Positions 8,407-17,888 of a DNA stretch of 64,000 bases are shown piece by piece. The position numbers and the translations under genes are program-made. The first letter of the stretch is position 1; the number at the start of each line of letters is the position of its first letter. Source of the stretch: Candidatus Heimdallarchaeota archaeon (GTDB taxonomy: Archaea; Asgardarchaeota; Heimdallarchaeia; Heimdallarchaeales; Heimdallarchaeaceae); contig JAAFKI010000112.1 of the NCBI GenBank assembly GCA_021399345.1, positions 32,001-96,000 on the forward strand, written 5' to 3'. The notes beneath the pieces were generated by a model. It was not told the origin of the DNA, did not search any database, and saw only the letters and a list, made by a program, of their open reading frames with translations.

Positions 8407-9066
8407 ATGATTTCGCAGATACGAGAACCACTTTCAAAACTCGCCCAGCCTATAATTATTTTCTTTGCGAAAATGAAAATTCACCCAACTGTCTTCACAT
8501 ATATTGGTTTGTTATTATCAGTAGGAGCAGGTGTTTTTCTTGCTTATGAAAATCCTCTAGTTGGATTTATTTTTATTTGGTTTGCTGGTGCAATGGATTT
8601 CGTCGATGGTGGTGTAGCAAGATATAGGGGTTTAGATTCAAAGAAAGGATCCTTCATTGATAGTGTCATCGATAGAGTAAGTGATTTAGCAGTCTTTACA
8701 GGTATAATCTTCAGTGACTGGGTAGATGGAGTAACCGGCGGTATAATGGTAGGTTCAGCTCTTCTAATCAGTTATGTTCGAGCCAAAGGCGAGAGCGTAG
8801 GAGTCGAAAGAATGACTGTAGGCATTATGGAAAGAGCAGAAAGATGGATGGTTTTGATGGTATTACTGTTTGTAGCAGTAATTGTTCCAAATCAAGCATT
8901 CATAACAGAAAGATGGTTGATTGCAGGAGAGCCTATTTCATATTTCTCTCTAGGATATATGATTTTAACAGCTCTGTGTGTTCTAACAGTACTTCAAAGG
9001 TTCATCTATGTATCAATTCAACTTAAAAAAGCAGAACCTTCACAAGAGGTCCAAGTACAAAAATAG
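8407..9066 (+). CDS. pgsA: CDP-alcohol phosphatidyltransferase (archaetidylinositol-phosphate synthase-like)
   Basis: DFVDGGVAR...GSFIDSVIDRVSD, SYVRAKGE, GIMERAER. Confidence 0.9.
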   Translation: MISQIREPLSKLAQPIIIFFAKMKIHPTVFTYIGLLLSVGAGVFLAYENPLVGFIFIWFAGAMDFVDGGVARYRGLDSKKGSFIDSVIDRVSDLAVFTGIIFSDWVDGVTGGIMVGSALLISYVRAKGESVGVERMTVGIMERAERWMVLMVLLFVAVIVPNQAFITERWLIAGEPISYFSLGYMILTALCVLTVLQRFIYVSIQLKKAEPSQEVQVQK

Positions 9067-9195
9067 AAAACAAACTGTTTCTTTTTTTTATTATTCCATG
9101 TTTTAGACATTCAAATATGCCTAGAACACAGATTTGACCCGAAGGATAAATGTTTTATAGTTAAGAACATTTGGGACATCAGAAATGGTGATTTT

Positions 9196-9513
9196 TTGGC
9201 TAATAAAGGTAGAAAGAACAAGAAACAAAATATTAACGACTTGAAAGCTGATAAACAAAAAGAACCAATTAAAGATTTTTCACAAACAAAAGATATAGTT
9301 AAAGCTCTATCTGGAGAAATAGGGCCTTTAGTAGATCAGCTTCTTGGAGCAGTCTACAATGTCGAGGTTGCAGAAGATTTTGCTGACTCCTTAATTCAAA
9401 TTTACAAAAAACTAAGGGATGAAGGAATTACTAAAACAACAGCAGAAAAAATACTTTGTGAATATTCATCCAATGTAGACCGGTTTGCTTCTATGTTGAA
9501 GAAAAAAGAATGA
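9196..9513 (+). CDS. Small alpha-helical hypothetical protein
   Basis: Clean ORF with GGTGA SD-like site; helical IYKKLRDEGITKTTAEKI motif. Confidence 0.7.
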   Translation: MANKGRKNKKQNINDLKADKQKEPIKDFSQTKDIVKALSGEIGPLVDQLLGAVYNVEVAEDFADSLIQIYKKLRDEGITKTTAEKILCEYSSNVDRFASMLKKKE

Positions 9514-9697
9514 TCACCAAACAAAACATTTCCTATTAACCAAGTTTAAACAAGGGATATATTTCCAAAAAAATAACAACTGAGGTACAAAAATGTGTAT
9601 ATTTTCAACATTTAATCTAATAACTACTTTGTATTATGGTATTGCACTTAGAATAAAACTCAGTTGGTACTCCAGAAAGAAACGCAAGAAGAAAAAG

Positions 9698-9883
9698 ATG
9701 ATTAAAATTTTCTTAGTTAACAAACTAGAAAAGGAAAGATATACTAGAAAAAATATTGAAAAAATAGCAGAAAATTATCTTAAAATCGGTGATATCTTTT
9801 TTGATCAAAAAAATATGCGTACTGCATTTAGAGTCAATCGATTATCAATTCCAAAAAAAACTAAGAGTAAAAACAAGAACTGA
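9698..9883 (+). CDS. Possible small or degenerate paralog of the upstream helical protein
   Basis: LVNKLEKERYTRKNIEKIAENY resembles IYKKLRDEGITKTTAEKILCEY. Confidence 0.35.
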   Translation: MIKIFLVNKLEKERYTRKNIEKIAENYLKIGDIFFDQKNMRTAFRVNRLSIPKKTKSKNKN

Positions 9884-9963
9884 GAACCTTTTTGTCTGAA
9901 AAGCAGTTTATCCATTTCAAAATCTTTATTTTAGTGAAAGAAAACTCTAAATTGGGTTATTCT

Positions 9964-10650
9964 ATGTCCAAACCAAAGAAGTATAAAGGTGAAACTATCT
10001 ATGATTATGTTCCCGACTATTATCCAACTACAAATGTAGACAATCCTGTTTTTACAAAACTACCTCCAGGAAGAAAGGATTCAAGGATGAAAGATGTTGA
10101 AAGAGAACTTGTACAATATTGGGAGATTATCCATCCAATGGTGAGAGAATATCTAATCACAGTGGTTAGATATATGAATGAGTTTGGAGAAGGATCTGAG
10201 GATCTCGAACATCTAAGAAGATCTCTAGATTTGGAATTAACAAACTCATCTGAGTTATCTGAAGAAAACAGACAACTGAAAGCTCAAATTTCTGATTTAG
10301 TTGTTGAGAAGAAATCTTTGGATGAGAGAGTAAATGATCTTATAGAAGCAAGACCACAAGCATCAGCAGAGGAAATTAATGCCATGAAACTTCTTGTTTC
10401 ATCACAAACAGATTTATCAGTAGCTGATATTGACGAGAAAATGAGAAAAGCAGTTCAAGAAGTCAGAGAAAGCGTAGAGATGAAAAAAGCTAATGAGGAT
10501 CGAGCTAAGATGAAAAAGGAACTTGAGGAAGCAAAAGTGCACTTTGAGAAAACTCAAACTGAAGTAGGTACAACATTTCAGAAGAAACTACTAGAAGCTC
10601 AGACTAGAATAGATGAACTAGAAGAGAAATTAGCTCAGTATAAAGAGTAA
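9964..10650 (+). CDS. Coiled-coil protein translationally coupled to the Rab-like GTPase
   Basis: Heptad-rich C-terminal two thirds; stop/start overlap TAATG at 10648-10652. Probable start is ATG 9964 (ORF opens at 9892). Confidence 0.8.
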   Translation: MSKPKKYKGETIYDYVPDYYPTTNVDNPVFTKLPPGRKDSRMKDVERELVQYWEIIHPMVREYLITVVRYMNEFGEGSEDLEHLRRSLDLELTNSSELSEENRQLKAQISDLVVEKKSLDERVNDLIEARPQASAEEINAMKLLVSSQTDLSVADIDEKMRKAVQEVRESVEMKKANEDRAKMKKELEEAKVHFEKTQTEVGTTFQKKLLEAQTRIDELEEKLAQYKE

Positions 10651-11420
10651 TGAGGATGAATAATTTGCGCAAATGGAATTTCAAAGTAGTTTTAGCAGGA
10701 CCAGGAGCTGTTGGCAAAACCTCTATTCGAGAAAGATATATGGGAAAGGGGTTTGAGTCCAGTTATCTCAAAACTATTGGTGCTGATTTTGCAAGTAAAA
10801 AAATACAAAAAGAAGAAGACCTGATTACATTTCAAATCTGGGATTTAGCTGGTCAAGACAGCTATCAAGTTGTTCGAAGTACCTTCTATAAGGGAGCCAT
10901 TGCAGGAATTCTTGTTTTTGATTGTAAAGATCCCAGTACAATGACTAACCTAAAAGAATGGTTAGATGAAGCTATCAAAGGGTCAAATAACGGCATTCTT
11001 GTTTATATTGTCATTGCTAACAAAATCGATTTAGAAGAAGAGAGACGGGTTTCTCGTGATATGGCTTTAGAGTTTTGTAATCGTATGAAAACTGAAACAG
11101 GCATTCGTTTTTATTACAGTGAAACCAGTGCTTTAACTGGACAAAACATACAAGAAACTTTTGAATTTCTTTCTGACAAATTACTTGAAGTTAACAACAT
11201 AAAGGATGCAGTACCTTTTGCAAAAACTAATAGTATCATTGATCTTGATGATTATGATGAAAAACCAAAAGAGGTTTCAACTGTTTCAGTTTCTTCAGAT
11301 TCAGTTTCTCGAGATGAATTCACTGAACTTCAGGATAGAATACATATAATTGAAGAGAGATTAAATACTATTCAAGCAATAATTAAGAAAATAGTTGAAA
11401 AAATTCAAGAAGAGGAATAG
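10650..11420 (+). CDS. Rab-like small GTPase with C-terminal coiled-coil extension
   Basis: G1 GPGAVGKTS, G2 TIGADF, G3 WDLAGQ, G4 NKID, G5 ETSA; no CaaX motif. Confidence 0.93.
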   Translation: MRMNNLRKWNFKVVLAGPGAVGKTSIRERYMGKGFESSYLKTIGADFASKKIQKEEDLITFQIWDLAGQDSYQVVRSTFYKGAIAGILVFDCKDPSTMTNLKEWLDEAIKGSNNGILVYIVIANKIDLEEERRVSRDMALEFCNRMKTETGIRFYYSETSALTGQNIQETFEFLSDKLLEVNNIKDAVPFAKTNSIIDLDDYDEKPKEVSTVSVSSDSVSRDEFTELQDRIHIIEERLNTIQAIIKKIVEKIQEEE

Positions 11421-11431
11421 AGTTTTACACT

Positions 11432-12712
11432 CTATATAACAACCTTTTTTCCACAGTCAGTACAAAATTCTGCTCCGTCTATCATTAATGCAGAACAAGC
11501 TGGACATCTTTCTTCTCTTTCACCACTAAAATGTCTTGATTCAGTTTCTGTATTATTTTTCTTTTCACTTTCTGATTGAGAAGAAGAATATTTGCTCTTT
11601 ATCCAACTTAGACTAGGTGGTTCCACATATTCTTTGATCAATCCTTCATAGTAGTAAATACCATTTATATCCACAAAACTTCCAACAATTACACTAACTG
11701 AAAAGAAGAGGAAGACTAAGCAACCTATAGCATAGTCTGAACCTGAAACTGCTGATTCAACAGCTGGTGAAAAAAGGCTAAGAAAGATCTTAGAAAATGA
11801 ATTTAATCCTGCAATAAGTATTGAAGCTGGTACCAAGAAGGATATCAACCCACTTTGAATAATACGTTTCAGGCTATATTTTGGAAATTGGAAAGCATCC
11901 AAAAAACTCTGAAAAATGCTAGATTCTCGAAGTGAAGATAGTATTTTAGCTATTCTGAATATGGGTGATATAATAGAGAGAACAATTGCTGTTAATAAGA
12001 AGGGCAAGTAGATAGCAATATTCTGATTTGATCCCTGAGAGATTCCTTGAAATATCTTAACAAATGTTATTGATATGGCACCAATAGTAACTATTTGAAT
12101 TAAATAAATTAGACCATAGGTAAATATGTTTGAATTCTTAGCTTCTGAACTATTATCTTTCCAATTCCTTATAGTTTTTGCAATTCTATTATTAAACACA
12201 TAAATCAGAAACGTAATTGCAAAGAATGAAAGAATTGTAAACAACAAAGATGCCAATGAAACTGGAAGAATACCAAGCACCAATAACAGTGATAAATTAA
12301 TAAAAATAATCAGCGCTAGCGAGGTTAAAACACCTGAAGTCCCAATGAGAAACATCTCTCTAAGGGAGAGTTTTTTGAAAAATCTTAGTTGTAATTTAGG
12401 GGGTTTGAAGTTATCGCTATAGCTTATATGCCCCTTCATTCTCAATGGAACAAGTGAATCAGAAGCATTCCATGCAAATTGAGTTGAATCTGCCACAAAA
12501 TCTCCTCTTTCGGTTTTAGTTTCTATTGGTTCATCTCTAAAAGAAGGTCGAGATGTGGGGTTGTTTGATGGAAAATCGTACGGTGATTCAGTGGTTGGTG
12601 CAACTTTTGCTATTTGTGTTTCCAACTCTGTTCCGCAAATAGGACAAAATACTACTTTTATCGGGAATGTAGAGTAACATATAGGACATCTCTTATCAGA
12701 AATACTACTCAC
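11432..12712 (-). CDS. Multi-pass membrane protein with double Zn ribbons at both termini
   Basis: N-terminal CPIC...CPIC, about 6-7 TM segments, C-terminal CPAC...CTDC. Confidence 0.8.
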   Translation of the reverse strand: MSSISDKRCPICYSTFPIKVVFCPICGTELETQIAKVAPTTESPYDFPSNNPTSRPSFRDEPIETKTERGDFVADSTQFAWNASDSLVPLRMKGHISYSDNFKPPKLQLRFFKKLSLREMFLIGTSGVLTSLALIIFINLSLLLVLGILPVSLASLLFTILSFFAITFLIYVFNNRIAKTIRNWKDNSSEAKNSNIFTYGLIYLIQIVTIGAISITFVKIFQGISQGSNQNIAIYLPFLLTAIVLSIISPIFRIAKILSSLRESSIFQSFLDAFQFPKYSLKRIIQSGLISFLVPASILIAGLNSFSKIFLSLFSPAVESAVSGSDYAIGCLVFLFFSVSVIVGSFVDINGIYYYEGLIKEYVEPPSLSWIKSKYSSSQSESEKKNNTETESRHFSGEREERCPACSALMIDGAEFCTDCGKKVVI

Positions 12713-12886
12713 CTTATACTTACATCTAGTATTTTATTTATATAACTGGGCAATACGTAGATATTTTTAGAGTAAATCTTCATCATAAAAAACTCCTTAA
12801 AAATATGGTTTCAAGCATTCACTCTCATTAAGCAATTTCGACTAGTTTAAATATTTCGAAGGTTGATAATAAATTGGTTATAAGAC

Positions 12887-14347
12887 ATGAGTGAATCCCC
12901 AAAAGAAAAACCTCAAACTCTTTCTGGTTATACTTCTTTAGTAAAAAAAATAGAGAATATAATCAACCAAATTACAGAAAACGAAGAATTAACTACAACA
13001 GAGGAGGAGGATCCACTTGAGCAGCAAGATTCAGAAATTGTAACTGAAAAAGAATCATCAGCAGAAGCAGTAATAAAAGTTGAAAAACAAACCTTACAAT
13101 TAGAAGAAAGTATTACAAAAGTTGCAGATGAAGAAAAGAAAGAAGTTCAAGCAGAGAAACTTCCAGATTTAGTGAAAATCGAGAATGAATTGGGAGAGTT
13201 ATATCCTGGAGCAGAAGTTCAAGTTACAGATTTTTACTATGCAAAAGATGAATTGCCTGATGATGAGATCAAAAAAAGGATTAAGAGCAAAATTCCTTCA
13301 TTAGAAGAAATAAACATCAAAAACAAGGAAAATTATGGTTTCCCATTTGTTCTCTGTAAACTCGAAGGGCATTACGAAGCAATAATTCCTATTAATCTAG
13401 AGAATATCAGTTTACCAACAATTCAACATGGTGTGAACAGACAATTTAAACTTCTTTTTGCTGGGACTGAAGAGGTTCTAGAGTTAACTCCAAGTGAAAA
13501 CGAGATATGGAATCAATCTTTTAATCGGTTCCAGATTAAGCTAACTCAACTTCTGAATACAAAAGTAAAAAGCAACCTGAGCAAGAAACCATACAAAATG
13601 AAACTCATCGATTTAGATTCTATTCTGATTAAAGACTTTATCAATGAATATCATAAGAAACTGAAAAATCTGCAGAATTATCAAGATGATATTCTATTGC
13701 ACTTACATGAGCTAATTGGAATAGTAGAAAGGCGAGAGGGTATTTGGAAAAACACAGATGATTTCAGTAAAACTAAGAAGATGCTTAAGCTACAAATGAT
13801 AGATTTTGAAAAGAAGAAAAAGAATCTGAGTAAAGAAACACAGATAGAATTTTTCAAACTTAAAAAAACACAGCGGAAGTTGGATGCTAGAACAAAGAAA
13901 TTCAAGCTAGATGAAAAAAGAAACAAGACAATAACAAGGGAAGAGAAAGAAGCATTAATCAACGATGTTAGAAAGTTCCAGAAGAAGAAAGCAGAAATAC
14001 AAAAGGAAATAGATCATGCAAAGAAGATAGATGAAACGTTGAAGGAATGGATAGAAATTCTAACTAGCTTGGGACTGGAAGAAGCAAATGCAAAGTTTTT
14101 GGAAGCTTTCTCAGAAGATTTTTCAAAAAACATCTTAGAGCTGCTAGAGCATGAAAATTTAGAAGAGTTTCTTGAAAAAGCATTTATTGAAAGTGCAGAT
14201 TTCTCGAATATTACTCTTCATGTCTTATATATTCCAACACTAATTTATTCTTTTAAAGCAAAGCAAGGGAGTCAAAAAATAGAAGGAAAAATACTCTATC
14301 TTGCTCCAGCACAAGAAACAATTTTTCTCAAGCCCCCAGTAGCTTAA
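12887..14347 (+). CDS. Hypothetical protein with acidic N-terminus and long central coiled coil
   Basis: 486-aa ORF; K/E-rich heptad region at about aa 250-400. Confidence 0.75.
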   Translation: MSESPKEKPQTLSGYTSLVKKIENIINQITENEELTTTEEEDPLEQQDSEIVTEKESSAEAVIKVEKQTLQLEESITKVADEEKKEVQAEKLPDLVKIENELGELYPGAEVQVTDFYYAKDELPDDEIKKRIKSKIPSLEEINIKNKENYGFPFVLCKLEGHYEAIIPINLENISLPTIQHGVNRQFKLLFAGTEEVLELTPSENEIWNQSFNRFQIKLTQLLNTKVKSNLSKKPYKMKLIDLDSILIKDFINEYHKKLKNLQNYQDDILLHLHELIGIVERREGIWKNTDDFSKTKKMLKLQMIDFEKKKKNLSKETQIEFFKLKKTQRKLDARTKKFKLDEKRNKTITREEKEALINDVRKFQKKKAEIQKEIDHAKKIDETLKEWIEILTSLGLEEANAKFLEAFSEDFSKNILELLEHENLEEFLEKAFIESADFSNITLHVLYIPTLIYSFKAKQGSQKIEGKILYLAPAQETIFLKPPVA

Positions 14348-14416
14348 AACAAGACTGTTTTTTATTAAATAAAATAATATTTCTTTGAACAAGTTTATTA
14401 GTGCTTAATTGTCTGA

Positions 14417-15136
14417 ATGAGACAGATGACTGAAGAGATTGTTGTTTGTGAGAATTTATCAAAACGGTTTATAGTAGGAGATAGTGTTGTAAAAGCTGTA
14501 AACGGAGTGGATTTAACTTTTCATAGAAAAGAATTTACTTCAGTTGTTGGACCAAGCGGAAGTGGAAAAACAACTCTGTTAAATCTGATTGGAACACTGG
14601 AAATTCCAACTACTGGAAGGATAATAGTGAATGGTACAGATTTAAGTCATTTTTCTCCAGCAGATTTGACAGAATTTAGAAGAAAGAATCTAGGATTTGT
14701 TTTTCAATTTTTTAATCTGGTTGAAGGGTTAACAGGAAGGGAAAATGTTGAATTGCCATTGATTTTTGATGGAGTTCCATATGAAGTGAGACAAAAAAGA
14801 GTAGAAGACATTTTCAAGGAATTTGAAATAGAACATCTGTATAATAAGTTCCCAGAAGAATTAAGTTCAGGAGAAAGACAAAGAGTAGCTATTATGCGGG
14901 CGTTAATCAACGAGCCTATTTTACTTCTAGCAGACGAGCCGACAGGAAATCTAGACACAAATACAGGACAAACAGTACTGGATTTGTTCAAGCAACTCAA
15001 TGATGAGAGAGGGACATCAATAGCACTAGTAACACATGATCTATCAGCAGCAAAAAGAGCAAAAAGAATTTTACATATGCATGATGGAAAAATAACTTTT
15101 GACCAACAAAACTTGGATGAAGAACCAAAAGGATAG
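14417..15136 (+). CDS. LolD/MacB-family ABC ATP-binding protein
   Basis: GPSGSGKT, LSSGERQRVAI, LADEPTGNLD, VTHD. Confidence 0.93.
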   Translation: MRQMTEEIVVCENLSKRFIVGDSVVKAVNGVDLTFHRKEFTSVVGPSGSGKTTLLNLIGTLEIPTTGRIIVNGTDLSHFSPADLTEFRRKNLGFVFQFFNLVEGLTGRENVELPLIFDGVPYEVRQKRVEDIFKEFEIEHLYNKFPEELSSGERQRVAIMRALINEPILLLADEPTGNLDTNTGQTVLDLFKQLNDERGTSIALVTHDLSAAKRAKRILHMHDGKITFDQQNLDEEPKG

Positions 15137-15280
15137 AAGAATAGGCAAAATGAAGTAGAAGCCAAAAAGAGAGGGCAAGAGAGCAGAAAAGACCAATTTT
15201 GAGAAGTAACCCGAGACTTTTCTTACTTATATATATTTCCCCTAGTTTCTTCATAAGACTTAAAAATGCATAAACTGGCC

Positions 15281-15320
15281 ATAAATATAATTAGTGACTC
15301 ACTAATACTCTTATGAGTAT
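15281..15320 (+). promoter_or_regulatory. TATA-like box followed by two adjacent palindromes (candidate operators) upstream of dppB
   Basis: ATAAATATAA, then ATTAGTGA-C-TCACTAAT (15290-15306) and ATACTC-TTAT-GAGTAT (15305-15320). Confidence 0.55.
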
Positions 15321-15341
15321 AAACTTCGCGGAGAAAAATAT

Positions 15342-16349
15342 ATGTCATTAAAAGGATTCATAATTAGAAGAACCATATATATTGTCCCAGTTATGCTTGG
15401 AATTACTTTGATGAATTTCACGCTTATCAATGTCAGTCCCGGTGATCCCGTAGTCGTCAGACTTGGGTTAATTCATTGTGATAATGACGACTGTTATAAT
15501 GCAGCATACAATGGCGAAGCAATCGAAATGGGGCTTTTAGATAGCGATTTTTACACCGTTCCATGGTTTAATCGATATGTAGATTTTGTTAATGATTTGC
15601 TTCATTTTGACCTAGGGAATTCGTGGTACTATACGCAGGCGGGTGAAGGTGTACCTATATCGCAGATTATATCAGAACGAGCTATATATACAGTTGTACT
15701 AAATGTGCTCTCGTTCTTCTTCTCGTTATTACTCGCAACAGCAATAGGTGTAGTATCAGCAACACGTCAAAACTCTTTCTGGGATAGGTCGTTAACGGTC
15801 GCAATGCTACTAGGGTATTCAATGCCTCTGTTCTGGCTAGCTAAGCTCCTGATGTTACTATCATTTCAATTATTCAATTTTACAGGAGTAGCCAATAAGG
15901 ATGCATTCAGGAAACCACTGTTTTTGAATCCAAACTTCTATAAATATCTAATATTGCCAACTATAGCGTTAACACTAGGTGGACTGGTATTTATGGCAAG
16001 ATTGGTAAGATCACAATTACTAGAGATTCTAAGACAAGATTATATAACAACAGCGAAAGCAAAAGGACTGGATAACAGAGCAGTAATTTACAAGCACGCA
16101 TTCAGAAATGGATTGCTACCAATCGTTACAATAATTGGTAACTCCCTACCAGGATTACTAGCAGGGTCAGTAATGATTGAAGCAGTATTTGGATGGCCAG
16201 GACTTGGTACAGTCTTCCTAGAAGGAGCTCTATTTAGAGATTATCCGATGATGATGGCTACGAACACGATCTTTCCGTTGCTCTTCTTAGTGGCGCGTTT
16301 ACTTACGGATATCACGTACGTTTTCATCGACCCGAGGATTAGATACTAA
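15342..16349 (+). CDS. dppB: Peptide/nickel ABC transporter permease
   Basis: PGDP, DLGNS, DYITTAKAKGL EAA loop, IDPRIRY. Confidence 0.93.
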   Translation: MSLKGFIIRRTIYIVPVMLGITLMNFTLINVSPGDPVVVRLGLIHCDNDDCYNAAYNGEAIEMGLLDSDFYTVPWFNRYVDFVNDLLHFDLGNSWYYTQAGEGVPISQIISERAIYTVVLNVLSFFFSLLLATAIGVVSATRQNSFWDRSLTVAMLLGYSMPLFWLAKLLMLLSFQLFNFTGVANKDAFRKPLFLNPNFYKYLILPTIALTLGGLVFMARLVRSQLLEILRQDYITTAKAKGLDNRAVIYKHAFRNGLLPIVTIIGNSLPGLLAGSVMIEAVFGWPGLGTVFLEGALFRDYPMMMATNTIFPLLFLVARLLTDITYVFIDPRIRY

Positions 16350-16363
16350 GGTGTGATTTACAT

Positions 16364-17425
16364 ATGGCAACAGCAGAACACGAACAATCTACTGAATTTC
16401 TGTTAGATGAAAAAACTCTTCGAGAAATCGAAACCATGAAAGGAGCTGGTCAATGGTCTATTGTCTGGCGACGTATTAAGAAAGACAAGATGGGTATGCT
16501 TGGTCTTTACATCGTCATTTTCCTTATCTTAATGGCTTTCGCATCTTGGATTTTACTCGGGTTTGACAACTGGCTTACTAGTCAAGGTGCTCTCCTTGGA
16601 GATCCCTCTAATCCAGCCAGTCTGAATAACCTCTATATTGAACTATGGTTACCGGGAATGCCGGCGGAGAGTCCTCTTGTATTATTCCAACACCCCCGAT
16701 ACCATTTCCCTGAATTAGCTAAGCTTCCCCCATCATTTGCACATCCTTTTGGTACTGATGGAATTGGTCACGATATGGTATCACGTATTTTCTTTGGAGC
16801 AACTGTCTCCTTAGCTCTTGGTTTCATTGGTCAAATGACCACAGTTATCATTGGTACATTTTTAGGATCAATTGCGGGATTCTATGGTGGATTTATTGAT
16901 GAAGTCCTACAAAGGATTATCGAAATTCTTTACTCAATGCCAGGCTTCATACTGATGATATTCATTATAGTGCTCTTTGAGGATGTGAATATACCGGGAG
17001 GTAGGTACGCGGTAGTGGTAATATTCTTTTCACTCATCGGGTGGGGCGGAACAGCTCTCATCGTAAGGTCAAACTTCTTCTCGTTGAAGCAACAAGACTT
17101 CGTTGAAGCGGAACGTGCGCTCGGTGCGAGTGATATGAGAATTATTTTCAAGCATATCCTACCGAACTCGTTGGCACCACTAATCATCATCGTAACGCTA
17201 GGGATTGCAAACACAATATTCCTATTTGCAGCTTTAGCATTCTTCGGTTTCGGAGACCCTAACGCTGTTTCGTGGGGTGATGATTTAAATAAATGGCAGA
17301 ACGATTTACTCGATTATCCATGGATGCCGATGTTTCCAGCGCTATTTATTTTCTTCACGGTACTGGGTTTCAACCTCTTAGGTGACGCTTTAAGGGATGC
17401 TCTCGATCCAAGACTGAAGGATTAA
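16364..17425 (+). CDS. dppC: Peptide/nickel ABC transporter permease
   Basis: HPFGTD, FVEAERALGA, HILPN, GDALRDALDPR. Confidence 0.93.
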   Translation: MATAEHEQSTEFLLDEKTLREIETMKGAGQWSIVWRRIKKDKMGMLGLYIVIFLILMAFASWILLGFDNWLTSQGALLGDPSNPASLNNLYIELWLPGMPAESPLVLFQHPRYHFPELAKLPPSFAHPFGTDGIGHDMVSRIFFGATVSLALGFIGQMTTVIIGTFLGSIAGFYGGFIDEVLQRIIEILYSMPGFILMIFIIVLFEDVNIPGGRYAVVVIFFSLIGWGGTALIVRSNFFSLKQQDFVEAERALGASDMRIIFKHILPNSLAPLIIIVTLGIANTIFLFAALAFFGFGDPNAVSWGDDLNKWQNDLLDYPWMPMFPALFIFFTVLGFNLLGDALRDALDPRLKD

Positions 17426-17521
17426 TACCTTCTTTCAATTCTTTTTTATTTTTCTTTGTTTTTCAGATTACCTTTTGATAGTAGGTTCATTGATTTTCAG
17501 AGAAATTTTAATTATCAAGGA

Positions 17522-17575
17522 ATTTCTTGGGGTGATGATTTGAATAAGCGACACAATATTAATTTAGACGCCCTC
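17522..17575 (+). pseudogene. Relic of a dppC paralog
   Basis: Encodes ISWGDDLNK versus dppC VSWGDDLNK (17267-17293), with synonymous third-position changes. Confidence 0.5.
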
Positions 17576-17788
17576 CGGGTTCTGTTCTCAGTTTAAAACA
17601 CGTGCTTTCAAAGTCTTTTTTTATTTATTTTCATGCAAATAAACGGCAATTTTTTTTTTCATCCTTTATTAATCAAAGTTGTCATTATCTTTTTGATGTG
17701 CCTTGTCTGTTGCACGTCAGAGTCAAAAATCTTGTAGATTGGGTGAAGATGGGAGGGAGACTCACCATCTATTGCAAGATGAAGAACT

Positions 17789-17816
17789 AGTTCTTCCTCT
17801 CCAGTTCTTCCTCTCC
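17789..17816. repeat. Perfect 14-bp tandem duplication AGTTCTTCCTCTCC
   Basis: Copies at 17789-17802 and 17803-17816. Confidence 0.85.
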
Positions 17817-17888
17817 AGCTGTAACCTAGCTGCACAAAAATTCTATTGAGTATTTAAATCAAATTCTATATATATTATCGAGGAAAAA

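Noticed and set aside
14997-15254. 85-aa minus-strand hydrophobic ORF
   Set aside because: Overlaps the ABC ATPase antisense; the hydrophobicity follows from a purine-rich plus strand.
17532-17585. GTGATGA as box C of an sRNA
   Set aside because: No properly spaced CTGA; better explained as the GDD codons of a dppC relic.
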